Positions 24,297 through 36,957 of a stretch of DNA of 63,717 nt are shown here, one piece after another (positions within the stretch are counted from its first letter, which is position 1; the number at the start of each line of letters is the position of its first letter). A model generated the notes under the pieces. That model did not search any database. It was not told where the DNA came from and was given only the letters and a program-made list of their open reading frames with translations. Source of the stretch: Vicugna vicugna (Eukaryota); contig MU063896.1 of assembly GCA_013265495.1 (NCBI GenBank), positions 15,805,423 through 15,869,139 on the forward strand, written 5' to 3'. The position numbers were made by a program, and so were the translations under genes.

Positions 24297-24695
24297 TGTC
24301 AGGGTTCTACCAGAGAAGCAGAACCAGTAAGAGAGAAAAGATTTGTTGCAGGATTCAGCCTTCTCACATGATTGAAGGGGCCAGCTTGGCAAGTATGACG
24401 TCTGTAAGGCAAGAGGTCAGGGAAGATAGGGTGGAACTCTTGGGCATAGGGAGGGCAAGGCTGCTGTTCACAACCAGAATTTCTTCTTCAGCGAAGCCCC
24501 AGCTCCACTCTTCAGGCCTTTCAACTGATTCAAGCAGACTCACCCAGATAATTTAGGATAGTCTCCCATACTTAAAGTCAGCTGATTATGGACTTCAATT
24601 ACATCTACAAAATACCTTCATAGTAAAACCAACATTGAATTGAATAACTGGAAGATGTAGCCACTAGCCAACTTGACACAGAAGGCTGACCATCA
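24297..24695 (-). mobile_element. MLT2 (ERVL) solo LTR, MLT2F-like
   Basis: tgtcagggttctaccagagaagcagaaccag...ggcctttcaactgatt...acttaaagtcagctgattatggacttc...gccaacttgacaca. Confidence 0.9.
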
Positions 24696-25029
24696 AAGAA
24701 AGCTTTGATGCAAAGCACCAGTTTAAAAGCATAATCTACCTTAATAAAAAAAAAAACCCAGCAAGCAACAACCAAACTTGGCATTTCTGGGATTGAGAAT
24801 GGTAATTAAATATTTATTCAGTGGACTTCTTATTAGCTATGGAAGTAGTGTCTATTTTAAAGAGATTTTTACCTATCCTGCTGTAGTATGCCAAATAACC
24901 TCATTATTCTACTATCCAGAACAAATGTGTAACTACTTCAAATGTGAATCTATAATAAAATTCTAGGAAAATTGTCCCTTTTATGTGTAGTGCTTCGAAT
25001 AAGTGGACAATTTTTCCCAGGTCCCCCTT

Positions 25030-25560
25030 TTATTTATTAACACAAGCCAACATTTACTGAGCACAGAGCTGGGCAATGGATATACAAGAAGAGGCAGAGT
25101 ATCATCCTGTATTTCCAGGCCTTGCAGTGGATTTAAGTAGACAAGTGAGTAATTAAACAATTGTAGGCCTGGAGTCAGTGGGGTTGCAGTGTGTAATTCA
25201 AGGGAGGCATGGTTTGATGTCAAAGTGTAAAGTGTCCTGAGCACCAAGCTTGGGATCCAGCATTACTCGGCAGGGAGAGAAGTGTCCTATCTGCTGGCGA
25301 GAGCCTTGTTCATATCATTTAGGAAGAGGAATCTCGTGTGGAGGGTGAAGTGAGGGAAGGAGAGGGTATTAAGGGCAGGAGTCTGAAATAGAGGCTGGAT
25401 TCTAGCACTAGCAGAGTTTACCAATTGAGTGAGGGAGAGAGACGATTTGAAGATGACTTTGAAGTTTATTGCTTGAAAGATGGGAACTTTGACTGGACCA
25501 GTAATGGAAGTGGGTGGTACCAGAGGAGGAAAGGATGTTTAGTTCTGGGGCAGGTAAAAG
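25030..25560 (-). mobile_element. L2 fragments
   Basis: aacatttactgagcac and gatttgaagatgactttgaagtttattgcttgaaagatggg motifs. Confidence 0.45.
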
Positions 25561-26059
25561 GACAAAAGGTTACAGTTGCCACTTACTGAGGGTCTATACC
25601 AGGTCTGGTGTGTTACACCCATTGTCTCATGTCCCTTGAGATGCCAGTGTGACTTTTAGCTTGTATGAAATCACCTTAGGAGTGGCCTGAAGCAAGGGAG
25701 GTATTTAAGAAAGATGCTTGGTGTCAGAGATTCTTTTTTAGTTCTTCCATCTTTTTATAAAGGATAATGTAGGTACTCTATTTTGAAAGTTACTTGACAG
25801 TTGATTCTCAGAGGAGGTCTGTTTATAATTAAAGTGAATGTCAGCCAGTAAATGTTGGGAAAGGAAAAAAAGAAGGCTAACATTTATGAATGATTTCTGG
25901 GTTGTCTTACAGCTCCCAAAGCAAATTGAAAAAGCAGAGATTTTTGGCCTTGAACATACCTCTGGGTACATGAAATTGTATTTGCTAAATATGCTTTCCA
26001 AAAAGGCAAATGCAAGGGGCTCTCATCATTCAAATCTGGAAAAATTGGAGCATGACAAT

Positions 26060-27085
26060 AAATAATGTAGTAATGTATTATAAACCATGAACTAAGATTT
26101 AATGAATCTGTATTGATCAATGAATGAATGGAAGTGGGGAAGGGAAAGCTCTTACAGGATAATGCCAACTAATAAACGTAGAAGGGTAGAAAATAGAAAA
26201 ATCATCATTTGGCAAACATCACAGTGATGGTTGATGAAAACAGTTGATGTCAGTGAGTGGGTGAGGGTTTATTGGAGAACAGGATATTGGCATAGTCTCA
26301 TACTGTTTTTCCACAAAATACTCATTAGTTACAAAGAAGGAAATGGTGACTTTATGGTGAAGACTGGCAGACACAAACTTGTCCAGGTTATCAAGATTAA
26401 CACCATCAATGATGGGATGATCTGACATCTTGTGTCTCCTGAGATGATGCACCAAGAAGAGCAGAGCATCATTTTTTGGGGTCTTCTTGCTAGGAATACA
26501 TGGCTTGAATCTGGTCATGAGGAAACATCATATGGACCCAAATTAAGGGTGACCCAGATCACCCAGGAGAATAAAACAATTTGACTCTTTAAAACCGTCA
26601 AGGGTGAGAGAGACAGAGAAAGAGTAAAGAACTGTTCCAGACTGAAGAAGATTTATGGTTGTTATGTAAGAGATTGTCCTTGTTTGGGGAAGTATATACT
26701 GGAATATACAGGAGTGAAGCAGCTTTGTGTCCATAATTTACTCTCAACTGGTTTAGAAAAATACTGAAGACTGAAAAATAGCCTATTTAGGTGAAGGGAA
26801 AACAGATTTATTTTTGTACTGTCCGTGTAACTTTTTTTGTGAGCATTTTTAAAAGTTATGAAACTCAAGGAAGGATCAAGGAACAGTTTTGGACTGAAGG
26901 AGACCGAGAGACATGGCAAATACAATAAGTGATCTGGATTGGCGCCTTTTGCTGTAAAGGAGATCAGTGGGATAGTTGGCAAAACTTCAGGAGGCTTTTT
27001 GCACTAAGGGGATATGAGTGTTCTTTGTGCTGTTCTGGGAATTTATCTGTAATTTAAATTGTTTTGAAATAAAGTTTTTTTTAAG
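26060..27085 (+). mobile_element. L1MC-type 3' UTR, apparently two adjacent fragments
   Basis: ggaaatggtgactttatggtgaagactggcagacac, atcatgaggaaacatca-like motif, gaactgttccagactgaag recurring as gaacagttttggactgaagg, ends aaataaagt. Confidence 0.8.
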
Positions 27086-27464
27086 TGCAAATGCTTTTTG
27101 AAATCCAAACTAACTTTAATTTCCCTTTTCTTTGACCAGATGAGGATAGAATTTGTTCCTGCTGTCAGTGGGCAACCACCAGACTGTGCTTTTTAAAGAG
27201 CAGGTTGAAGAATGTTAAAAGATTTTAAGAGTAGGAAATGCCTAAGGGAATGTGAGACGTCCCTACTCTTGATTCTTTGCCCTCTAATATAAATTCAGGG
27301 TAACAGTTTCTGCCTGGTTTGTCTTATATATAAACATTATTTTTAAAAAAGAGAGTATGTTAATGAAATGTAAGCTATTATTGACCAGATGCTGTGTGTG
27401 GTCTTATTTTCAGTATCTTAAAACTAGTAATAGAAGTATCTGGTTTGGTAACAGAAATGCCTTT

Positions 27465-27670
27465 TCCCCTTGTTTCTCTTTTTTTTCCTCTTTTGTTTGT
27501 CAAATATCTCTGTACCCACCTCGTATCTCCTCTTTTTCCATATTTCTCTTTCAACTTCTTCCTCTTTTTCTGACTTTTCTTTCTTCTTTTTGTGTTTGTT
27601 CCCCCTCCTTTTATCAAATCTGTTTTTCCCTCTTGTACTTAGTTCTTTGCTTGTGTTTTCTTGTTTCCCA
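27465..27670. repeat. Long pyrimidine-rich low-complexity tract
   Basis: About 200 nt strongly dominated by T and C. Confidence 0.85.
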
Positions 27671-27816
27671 GCTCAACGCCCTGACTTGATTCTCTTGTTA
27701 TTGTAGCTTCAAGGAGTATAGACATAGTGTTCTGTTTCTAATTTGCCCTTATTCAAGAGGAAGACCAATCTAAATCGTACTCTTAGCAATGCACTATTAG
27801 TAACAAATGAAGTTTT

Positions 27817-27985
27817 ATTAATACTTACCATTTATTGAATGCTTACTATTGGTCGAGAATGTGGTGACTGCATTATCTATATTCTCATTGAATCCTCACA
27901 GCAATATTTTGGAGCAGGTGTTTTTTATCCCCATATTTCAGAATAGGAAATTGAAGCATAGAAGTTGAACAGTTTACCCAAAATC
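27817..27985 (-). mobile_element. MIR SINE
   Basis: tttattgaatgcttactat...aatcctcacagcaa...atccccatatttcagaataggaaattgaagc. Confidence 0.8.
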
Positions 27986-29124
27986 AAAAATGGAAATACC
28001 TAATAGGCTCATAGTACTACTGAAGGGAATGCATTTTAAAATAAACACACAGCCTGTTAATAAATGAGTCTGTCATTGAGTGAAATTGAAGGAAAGCACC
28101 CTACAAGGGTAGATGAAGCTATGAGCATGCTTATTTGGAAATGTAAGATTATTTTGTTTTAAACCTGTTTGTTAGTTGTGTGCATAAGTGTATGTGTGTA
28201 TTATAAAATTTTCACTCTCCTTTCCCAAGTAATAAACTTCTGAATAGCCCCGTAATGATCTTAGCTGATCTTCAGTTTAAGAATAAAAATTAGCACTATC
28301 TATCAGTCACATACAGCGTTTTCTTACAGAGATGTGAGTTGAGTTTGCAAAGACATGGCTTTGATTAGTGAGTGATACTCACAGAATAATTGATTCAGTC
28401 AACCAGCCATGTTTTTGGGGGTAGAAGGGAGCTGGTTTCACAACTGGTAATACATGAAATAGCAAGCTTGAGATACTTTTACTTGGCAGAACAGATAAAA
28501 ATGAATAGTTTTGCTCTCCTGAGCTCAGATCTGACTGTCAAGTGACCCCTCCCAGGCACAACATTTAAGTTGTCCCCGCTGGAGTAAACCACTGCAGGGC
28601 CCTGTGTTTAAAAGATCCCACGTTAGATCCCACTCTCAGATCCCATCTTCTCTGTTTTACAGTGTTAGCTTTTCTCTCTTTTTCTGTGTTGTGCATTGGG
28701 TTTGGAGGGGAAGGAGGGAAGGCATCTGCTAAAGAAATCACCCTTATGGAGGCTGTAACCAGTGAATGTAGCATGTTCTCATCCGACACCAGGGTGTTCC
28801 GACTTTGTGGTTATGTCAGGGAACCACCCTGCAGCTTTCCCAGGTATGGTCTTGGCTTGATGCTGATGATGCCATTTTAATCTCTTGTCCATCCATCTAC
28901 CTAAAATTCATAGATGTTTGAGGGCCTTCTATATTCTAATTTGTAGACACTCATATTGTAAAGAGATTTACTAATTCTGGCCTAATGCAAACGTTTGCTG
29001 AAAAAAATAAAACAACCTTGGTGTACATGAAAGGTAATTACAGTTCCTTTTAACATTTTAAAACTAAATGTTGTGTGAAGTCTTATTCTTCATGGCAGAA
29101 AAAATTTAAGATAGAACCTCCCCC

Positions 29125-29950
29125 AAGAAATAAAAATCACTCATAATCCCACTATCCAGATGGGGAGTTAAACACCCAGATAATATTTGGTGTTAAATAA
29201 CCAGATTTTCTTTCCTAGGATTTATATTCCTATAAATTATGTATTATATATATATATTAACAAAAATGGACACATAGTACTTTATAAACCACTCCCTTTT
29301 TCCCCTTGCTCCAACCAGAGAAAGTATTTGAACCACTATTCCGTAATGGTGACTATATTTACATCATTACTTAGAATGGCTGTGAAGATTTGTTGGACAC
29401 ATAGATTGTGTCCTGATTTTTCACTATAATAAGCAGTACTGTGGTGAACATCTTCGTGTACATGATTGGGCAGTTGCTTGATTACATACTTTAACTCTAA
29501 AGTACAGAATTTATTAGATCAAAGCAGAACCTACGTTGAAGGCTTGGGAGACTTATTACTAGATTACTTTCCCAAAAGTTTATTCTGATTCTTTATCAAT
29601 CAATTATGTGAAGAGTGGTTTCTCCTTGTTTCATTTTTTTTATCGAAGTATATTCAGTTTACAATGTTGTGTCAATTTCTGGTGTACAGCATAGTGTTTC
29701 TGTCATACATGTACATACATATATTCCTTTTCATATTCTTCTCCCTGTTTTAAATTACATCTTTTTTTTTTTTTTTTAGACTGAGCATGTCTCTGTGTAT
29801 GGGCCATTTGAATCTTGTGGTCAGTTGGCTTGTTTGCTTTTCCCATTTTCTTTAGGTATATTCCTGTTTTGGCTTATTGTTTTATGAGAGCACTTCATGT
29901 ATTAGGGACATAGATTTCTTCTCTGCATTGTAAGTATTTTCCCCACTAGA
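29125..29950 (-). mobile_element. L1ME-type 3' fragment
   Basis: aaaatcactcataatcccactatccag terminus, ttggacacatagattgtgtcc, gtggtgaacatcttcgtgtacat. Confidence 0.7.
29633..29738 (-). mobile_element. Short younger L1 3' tail nested in the L1ME
   Basis: ttttttttatcgaagtatattcagtttacaatgttgtgtcaatttctggtgtacagcatagtg; approximate TSD ttctcc(t/c)tgttt on both sides. Confidence 0.8.
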
Positions 29951-30517
29951 TTGGAATTTTGATTAAGATTTAGTCAAATGTAACATTAATTTGGTGGATG
30001 TGAGCATGTTTTTTGTCTTGGGTCTTGAGATTTGAGAATGTTTTAAACACTTCTGCTCTAACGAAATTGTAAAAAAAAGAAAGAGAAAGGGTACGGAGTG
30101 ACTTCTTCCAGGCTCTTCTGTTTATTGCCTTGCCTTAGGGTAGAACTGTTTCTAAATCATTTGAGAAAACGGAGTAGCTGAAGTATTTTCTCCAGCGAAG
30201 TGACTGGATTCCATCTGGCTGGTTTTTAAAGTGTTCTTTTGAATGATTTTAGCATACTCACCTATTGTTGTTCCTTCTCAAAGCTGGTATCTTTGTCTCT
30301 TTGAAATAGTCTGTTCACATCGGTCCTTATGGCTTTGGGAGTCTGACAATTTTATGATTATGCAAATGTTATTGAGATCATCTTGATGGATGTTCCCAGA
30401 GCCCTTGGCTGACTGCACAGAGACTGAGCCTTTAACTGTCACAGGGTTGGCTAGTGTGACCTTCACATCAGGCTGCGTAAAACACACTTGCCAGGCATCC
30501 TAGGACAGTTTGGAGCG

Positions 30518-30531
30518 GTTGCCCAGGCAAC
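30518..30531. promoter_or_regulatory. RFX X-box motif
   Basis: GTTGCC-CA-GGCAAC, perfect inverted half sites. Confidence 0.5.
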
Positions 30532-30559
30532 CTCACTTGCTTCTAATCAAATGCCCCAA

Positions 30560-30870
30560 GTCCCAGTGGGAATGCCACATCCGAAGGGAGAAATACTGTC
30601 TTTAGAGTAGCAGCAGAAGTACATTTGTCTGTTTTAGGATGCTACTAATGTTTGGGGGAGATGAGGTTATGCCATGATCTGATGATGAACTCAGCGAAGG
30701 GAGAGAATGAAGGAAAAGGAGATCAAGAGAACAGAGATAGAAGAGAGGTCGGAAGGAGGAGAAGGGTTCATTGAAGTCAGTGGCAGAAATCAAAATAATA
30801 AATACGAGCAAAAGGTTCATGCATAAGAAAACACTATAGCCCAGAGTGAGCAGAAAGACACTGAGAAAGA
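30560..30870 (-). mobile_element. L2 fragment
   Basis: cccagtgggaatgccacatc...atttgggagtc-like and purine-rich antisense L2 pattern. Confidence 0.4.
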
Positions 30871-31679
30871 AGACTGAAAATTATGCTTAGGAAAAAAATC
30901 CATGATCAATAAATGAATATCTGGGGAGACAAAAAGAATAGTGGAGGCTTCTGAGAAGTATACAATAAAAATGTTTTTTTTTTCATGGAAACAGACTTGT
31001 CTATAGGAAGTATTTGATCAACTCTGCTTTAAGGAACTAATATTTTCTTTCCAGTACTCTCCATCGTAGCCTGAATAAATCATGAGTAATTTTTCTGTAA
31101 TTAGAATTACGCCACTCAGAATCATAAGACCCACTTTTACTTGCTACTTCCATGAATTAGAACCATTGTGGATTGGAAACTAGTATAGTTAAAGTCAGGT
31201 TTGTTTGTTTGTTTAACAGAACACTTTCTGTGTTATACTTGAATGGTTATTATGACAGGTGGGGGTGTTCTAGCTGCTCAAATTAGCTGAACGCAGGCTC
31301 GGTCAGAAGGGCATTGTGTAGCCCTGGGAAGAAAGCCTATCTGGGGACACCAGTGAGCTGGCCATTTTCTACCCTCCAAACCCTCCGTCAGGTGCTTAAT
31401 TCATCCTATTAAAAAAAAGTCTGTGACTTGCTCCTGAAATACCCAGAACTGCTCTTCAGAGCCCCCTTTTACTGATCTCAAACCAGGTACAGGAGAGATG
31501 CAGATTTTACTGTAATCAAAACCAGCACATCCAGCACTTGGTAAAATGTGCTCTCCAAGGTAGTCCCTCAGTTAGTGTTGCACACTGACAATGTTGTCCG
31601 GATTTCAGACCCTTGGAAAACTTAAGCTCTGCTCAGATGTTTTCTAAAGATTGGATTTTATAGTTCCAGATAATCATGG

Positions 31680-32160
31680 TTTCAGTCAGAGTCCTGGCAG
31701 GTAAGAGATGTCATATTTTCAAGGTTTAATTAAGAGACATTTAATAAAGGAAAGAGTGCAAGAGGTGAGGACAGGGTCCAGAGAACCCCCAAGTACCCTG
31801 GGTCTAGCAGTGGTGGAGAACATGCCCATCTCTAGGTCAGAAGGAACAAGGGAGGAAGCAGTGTTCCTGGGACCCAGTGAGAGCTCCAGCCATGGAGCTG
31901 GAAGTGTAGAAACAGCCACAGCCAGGACAGAAGCAGGCAGGGAGATGGGGGTGAGTGTAAATACCTCAGCTCCCTTCTCCTCGCCTCTCTTGTCTGATTC
32001 CTGCTTGCGTCTTCCGTTAGCCAAATCCATCTGCAGTTGTAAGGAATCTTGGCTGATGCAATCTATAGAAGTCAGCTTCCTGGAGCTCAGAGAAGGGCAA
32101 GAGAAGGTTAGATAATGGATCAGGAAGGGGATTGGGTGGCAAATGGAGAATGACTAGCAT
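31680..32160 (-). mobile_element. LTR33-like (ERVL) solo LTR
   Basis: gatgcaatctatagaagtcagcttcctggagctcagagaagggcaagagaagg...ggatcagg...ggcaaatggagaatgactagca; tcagtcagagtcctggcagg at the other end. Confidence 0.75.
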
Positions 32161-32334
32161 GATGTGCAAGTCTCCTCTGTTCTCTCAGGATCTCCTTACC
32201 TTTTGGGAGAGCAAGCATTTGGAAGAGAAGTTATTTATTAAAGAATGCCATTTATAGGCACTGGGCAGCAGAACAGGAACACCAGTCAGTCTTATGATTT
32301 TCCCAGTTGATTCCTCCCTTGTTTATGCTACACT

Positions 32335-32490
32335 GAGCCTAGTGCATATTCTACAATTGCTGTTATTTCTTTAAGTTTGTCTCTCCCCCTCTAGACTTCA
32401 GGTCCTTCAGATTATGAACTTCCTTTTATTTGTCGTGGTCTCTCCAGCATCTAGCTGGGTGCCTGGCATGTAGTAGGAAATAATGACTGT
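32335..32490 (+). mobile_element. L2 3' end
   Basis: gtctctccccctctagac...ctccagcatctagctgggtgcctggcatgtagtagg. Confidence 0.7.
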
Positions 32491-33068
32491 AGTAGATGAT
32501 GGAATTTCCTAGCCTCCTTCAGGATAAATTCAACTTCCATAGTGTTTTCCATAGTTAAACATCTTCTTTCTCAATGCTAGGTCCTCTGTATTATTATTTT
32601 TCAGTGAAAAGTAGGGAGGATGCACCGATCTCAGCTCCCTGCTGGCTGAAGCTCTGGCACTGTTAGTGGCCACAGTGGAAACACTTCTGCTCTCCTGTGA
32701 GCCATAAAGTGACAGTTTCATTGAGCATGTTCTGTATGACCAACATGTTTACTGATCCTTATACTAAGCATGAGACCAGTTCCCATGGAATGTGTATGGG
32801 AACAATTTGAAACTGGGTGAGGCTTGGGTGTGGTGGTGCCAATCAAATGCAAGAGGTAGAAAGAGAAGAGGGGTCAGCAATGTTCTGTTAGAGAGTAAGT
32901 TAAATCTCAGTTTGATCTTAAAAAATATGTGTAAAATTAAGAGTAAGGAGTATGGGCTTGCCCTACCATATATCAGGACCTGTTAAGAAGTTGTAGAAAT
33001 TTAGTGTGGCACTGGTACTGGGACTGATAATTCACCAGTAGAATAAAATAAAAAGCCCAGAAACATGC

Positions 33069-33444
33069 TATATTAGTCTGCCAGGGCTTCCATAACAGAC
33101 CACCACACCCTGGGTGGCCTAAACAGAAGAAATTTATTTTCTCACAGTTTTGGAGGCTAGAAGTCCGAGATCAAGGTGATGCTTCAGAGTTGGTTTCTGG
33201 TGAGAACTGGCTTCTTGGTTTTCAGATGACTTCCTTCATGCTGTGTCCTCACATGGCCTTTTCTCTGTGTACGTACTNNNNNNNNNNNNNNNNNNNNNNN
33301 NNNNNNNNNNNNNNNNNNNNNNNNNNNNNNNNNNNNNNNNNNNNNNNNNNNNNNNNNNNNNNNNNNNNNNNNNNNNNNNNNNNNNNNNNNNNNNNNNNNN
33401 NNNNNNNNNNNNNNNNNNNNNNNNNNNNNNNNNNNNNNNNAACA
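33069..33444 (-). mobile_element. MLT1A/B-type MaLR solo LTR (partly hidden by N-run)
   Basis: tatattagtctgccagggcttccataacag...aatttattttctcacagttttggaggctagaagtccgagatcaaggtg...tcctcacatggcc. Confidence 0.9.
33278..33440. other. Assembly gap (163 N)
   Basis: N-run read directly. Confidence 0.99.
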
Positions 33445-33688
33445 CATATGTGCACACAGCTTTAGAACTTTTGGTGTATGTGTCAGATCAGTAGGAAAAG
33501 GAAGGGCTATTCAGTAAATGGAGCTGAGAATTAATGATTATCCTTAGGAGAAAAGATGAAAACAGATCCTTATTTTATATCCTATACCAAAAAAAGTCAA
33601 CTCCAGGAGGATCAAAGTCTTAAATTTCAGGAAAAACAAACAAACTTTAAGATTTCAGGCTTGGCCATAGGAAAGAATTTCCTAAGTG

Positions 33689-33785
33689 TTTGCCTTGCTT
33701 TGCTTTGCTTGCTTGCTTGCTTTCTTTCTTTCTTCCTTTCTTTCTTTCTTTCTCTCTCTCTCTCTCTTTCTTTTCTTTCTTTTTC
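33689..33785. repeat. Compound microsatellite (TTGC)n(TTTC)n(TC)n
   Basis: Read directly. Confidence 0.95.
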
Positions 33786-35161
33786 TAGACTTTTAGTCTT
33801 CAAAGAAGGAGATTTCTTCAGACACAAAAAACACTTAATATAAAAGGTTGACAAATTGAACATTAAAATTAAGAATTTTTTCATCTGAACGAACATTATT
33901 GAAATTGTATCATGTCTTTTATTGCTTTAATATAATTTGTGGGAATGGAGGGGAAGTAGGGGTTTAGAAATAAGACTGGCCATGAATCGATCATTTTTGA
34001 AATTAGGTGATGGGTGTGTGGGGTTCATTATATGGCCACACAAAAGATGAGAGGATTAGTAGAAAATACAAAGAAGCCCTACCAATCAAGAAGAAAAGCA
34101 TGACTAGCGTACTAGAAAAATGGACAAAGGATGTGAATGGTTATTTTATAGATACAGACAAGGAAGCATATATGGCCAAGAAATATATTAAAAATGTTCG
34201 GCATCGTTTGTGATTTGGAGGGAAATACAACTCAGGGCCACAGTGAGGTGCCATTTTATACCCGTTCAATTGGAAAAATTGAAAGATGTGTTAATCGAGA
34301 GGATCTCCTACCCTGCTAGTAAATTCATGTGACTACCTTAGAAAACAGTTCTGGCATTATTTTGTAAAGTTGACCACACTTCCAACATTTTCCTCCTAAG
34401 TATATATGTATAGGAAATTTGTGCGCATATATACAGAAATATTTTTGGTGGCCCTGTACCCAACATCAGAAACCTGGGAAAACCCCCATGTCTGTGGGCA
34501 AGAGAGTGGATGAGTAAATTGTAGTATATTCACCCAGTGGGAAATATGCCACAAGCAAAATAAAGTGTAGTGGAAGAGTTGCAACATAGATGTTTTAACA
34601 ATACAAAATGAAAAAAATCTAAAAATATTACATATAGTGCCCTTTTCTATAAATTCAAAAGCAACTAAAATCATAACCATAGTTTTTAGGAATACATGTA
34701 GATGACATGCTAATATATAGAAAGGAAAGCAGTAGAATATTGAGTATGGGATTCAGGATGGTTGTTACCTCAGCTAGTGGGAACCAGGAGGTTGCGACTG
34801 GAAGGGCTGTTTGGGTAGATAAATTACTGTCTGAGTCTAAGTTTTGAGTCGAGTGATGGGTTTGTGGTTGCATATTGCAATATTAGATATTGTAGAATCT
34901 AACAGTGATAGTGATTAATCCAGTTCTGTGAGACTGAGGTTGACTACAACAAGCAAAAAAGGGTTAAGACGAGTGGAAAAAGAACAGTAGCATAGTACAT
35001 TTATCACCAGAAATTTGGAAATTGTGCATTTTGCATAGGAGGATAACAGGATTCAGGCTGAGTGGCTGTTACAGAGAGACTGCAGACAAAACTAACTGCT
35101 CATACAAGGTAGAAAATCTCTCTCCTACTTTCTCGTTCACATAATCATTTAGATCATCACC

Positions 35162-35648
35162 ATTCAGTAAAAATATGAGAGCCACTTATGTAACAATATT
35201 AAAATTCCTCATAGCCACGTTAAAAAAGAAATAAATGAAATCAGTTTTAATAATACTTTTTGCTTAATACAGTCAAAATATTCTAACATATAATCAATGT
35301 AAAATTACTAATGAAATATTTTATATTTTCATCTTAAGAAGTCTTCAAAATCTTCTATGTATTTTATACTTACAGCATATATCAACTCAGGCACTAAATT
35401 TTCATTAGAAAGATTTGATCTGTATTTAGAGTTCATAAAATATACAGTTGAAAAAAGTAGTTTCACATACCCAAGATGTTCTAAACATACTTTAAAGTTT
35501 TCCATGAACTGAATCAAGTATTGGTATTTAAGATAATTAAAATTAAATAATATTAAAGATTCAGTTCCTCAGTCTCACCAGCCACTTTTGAAGTGCTCAG
35601 TAATCACTTGTGGCTAGTGGCCATCTTAATGCAAGGACCAGTTCTAGT
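35162..35648. mobile_element. Charlie1/MER33-type hAT DNA transposon fossil
   Basis: tagccacgttaaaaaag...tattttatacttacagc...aattaaaattaaataatattaaagattcagttcctcagtc...gtggctagtggcc. Confidence 0.85.
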
Positions 35649-35651
35649 CCA

Positions 35652-35830
35652 TTAGTTATCAAGATGTGTTCTCCCAGCCCTCCCCACCTGATCAGCAGCC
35701 TTAATATCACCTTGGGACTTGTGAGAACTGCACATTGTGAGTCAGAAACTGGAGGTGGATCCAACACTCTGGGTTTAACAAGTTATCCAGGTGATTCTGA
35801 TATACACAAAAATTTAACAAACCACAGGTA
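35652..35830. mobile_element. MER5A hAT MITE
   Basis: atcaccttgggacttgtgagaactgcac...gagtcagaaact...tttaacaagttatccaggtgattctgat. Confidence 0.8.
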
Positions 35831-35899
35831 TAGAGGCCATTCAGAGGCCAATGCTCTCTTACCTTGTTGCTCTCCAGTCACTTAGAGTATTGGCTTTAT

Positions 35900-36204
35900 C
35901 TACAGAGTAGAAGCTTCCTGGTTGGGACCACTTGTGAATCCTGCCTCTAGGTTGGTGGCTGGGAGAGAGGAATAGAGTAGACAGTTTCCTTTTTTAAAGG
36001 CTGAATTGCACACATTCTTCTGCTCAGATCCCATTGGGTAGAGCTAATTGGTCATCCCTAGCTGCAAGGGAGGCTGTGAATTACAGACTAGCCGGATGAT
36101 TATTTGCCAAGCTAAAATTTGTGGAGGTAGGGTGGTGGAGGAAGTTCTCTTCCTGAAAGGAAGAAGTGGCAAGTGGACACTGAAGGCAGTTTGTAGTCTC
36201 ACCA
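35900..36204 (-). mobile_element. MLT1J/K-type LTR fragment
   Basis: ttgcacacattcttctgctcagatcccattgg...cctagctgcaagggaggctgtgaattacag...gtctcaccaca. Confidence 0.8.
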
Positions 36205-36719
36205 CAACTGATGGATACAGTTTGATTTATTTTGCAACCTAGAGCTTAGCTTTGCTTTTATTATTTCATTGGCATATTGGGTTCCTTGGAAAAGTCAAAC
36301 AGATGAAATGCGGAAGCATATAATATCTAAGGAAGTATTAAAAGTGCTTTGAAATATGCCTGAACTTGAAAGGTACCAAAGAAAATTTGCATCACTAAGA
36401 TCAGCCCCTGACTATCCTCCTTTGAAAAGGAGAAGGCTTTATGTGGTGCATTTATGGAAGGCAGAACTTACCCTTAGGTATGATTGTTCAAAGAACGAGT
36501 ATGTAATTGTTCCAATTTCATTCTACGGAAATAATAACCATTAACACTTTGGTGTTACCTTTGTCTGCTACCTAGACCATAAATGTTTTTTTTAATGGGA
36601 TTATACTTTTTTGCTGTTTTGTAGTCTGCCTTTCTCTTCTAACTTATAGCACAAATAAGTTTCATATTAATGGTATAGATCTGCAGTATTAAAGACTATA
36701 TATAGCATCTTGTAAGTTA

Positions 36720-36900
36720 ATCATTCCCTTTTGTGGAGTATTTTTTGTGGCTTCTACTTTGTTACATAATTAGCACCACACTGAATATCTCTGTACATTT
36801 CCACCCACAGCAGTTCATGAGTGGCCCTTTCCCTACATCCTCACCATCTACAGCATCCTTTTAAATCTCTGCAAATCTAATAAGCATATTAATTAATTTA
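36720..36900 (-). mobile_element. L1M fragment
   Basis: catttccacccacagcagttcatgagtggccctttccctacatcctcacca. Confidence 0.55.
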
Positions 36901-36957
36901 AATAAACAAATAAGAGGTTAATCTTTGTTCAAATTTACATGTCTTTGACATCCATTT

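Larger units (their letters stand above)
32990..34880 (+). mobile_element. Fragmented L1ME-type LINE (ORF2 3' half and 3' UTR), interrupted by MLT1 and a microsatellite
   Basis: agtgtggcactggtact...cagaaa, tattcagtaaatgg, gaaaaatggacaaaggatgtgaat, acagtgaggtgccattttatacc, gatggttgttacct. Confidence 0.75.

Noticed and set aside
36356-36544. 62-aa ORF with basic motif PPLKRRR and a downstream donor-like TAG|GTATGA
   Set aside because: No promoter or acceptor context and no recognised homology; compatible with chance
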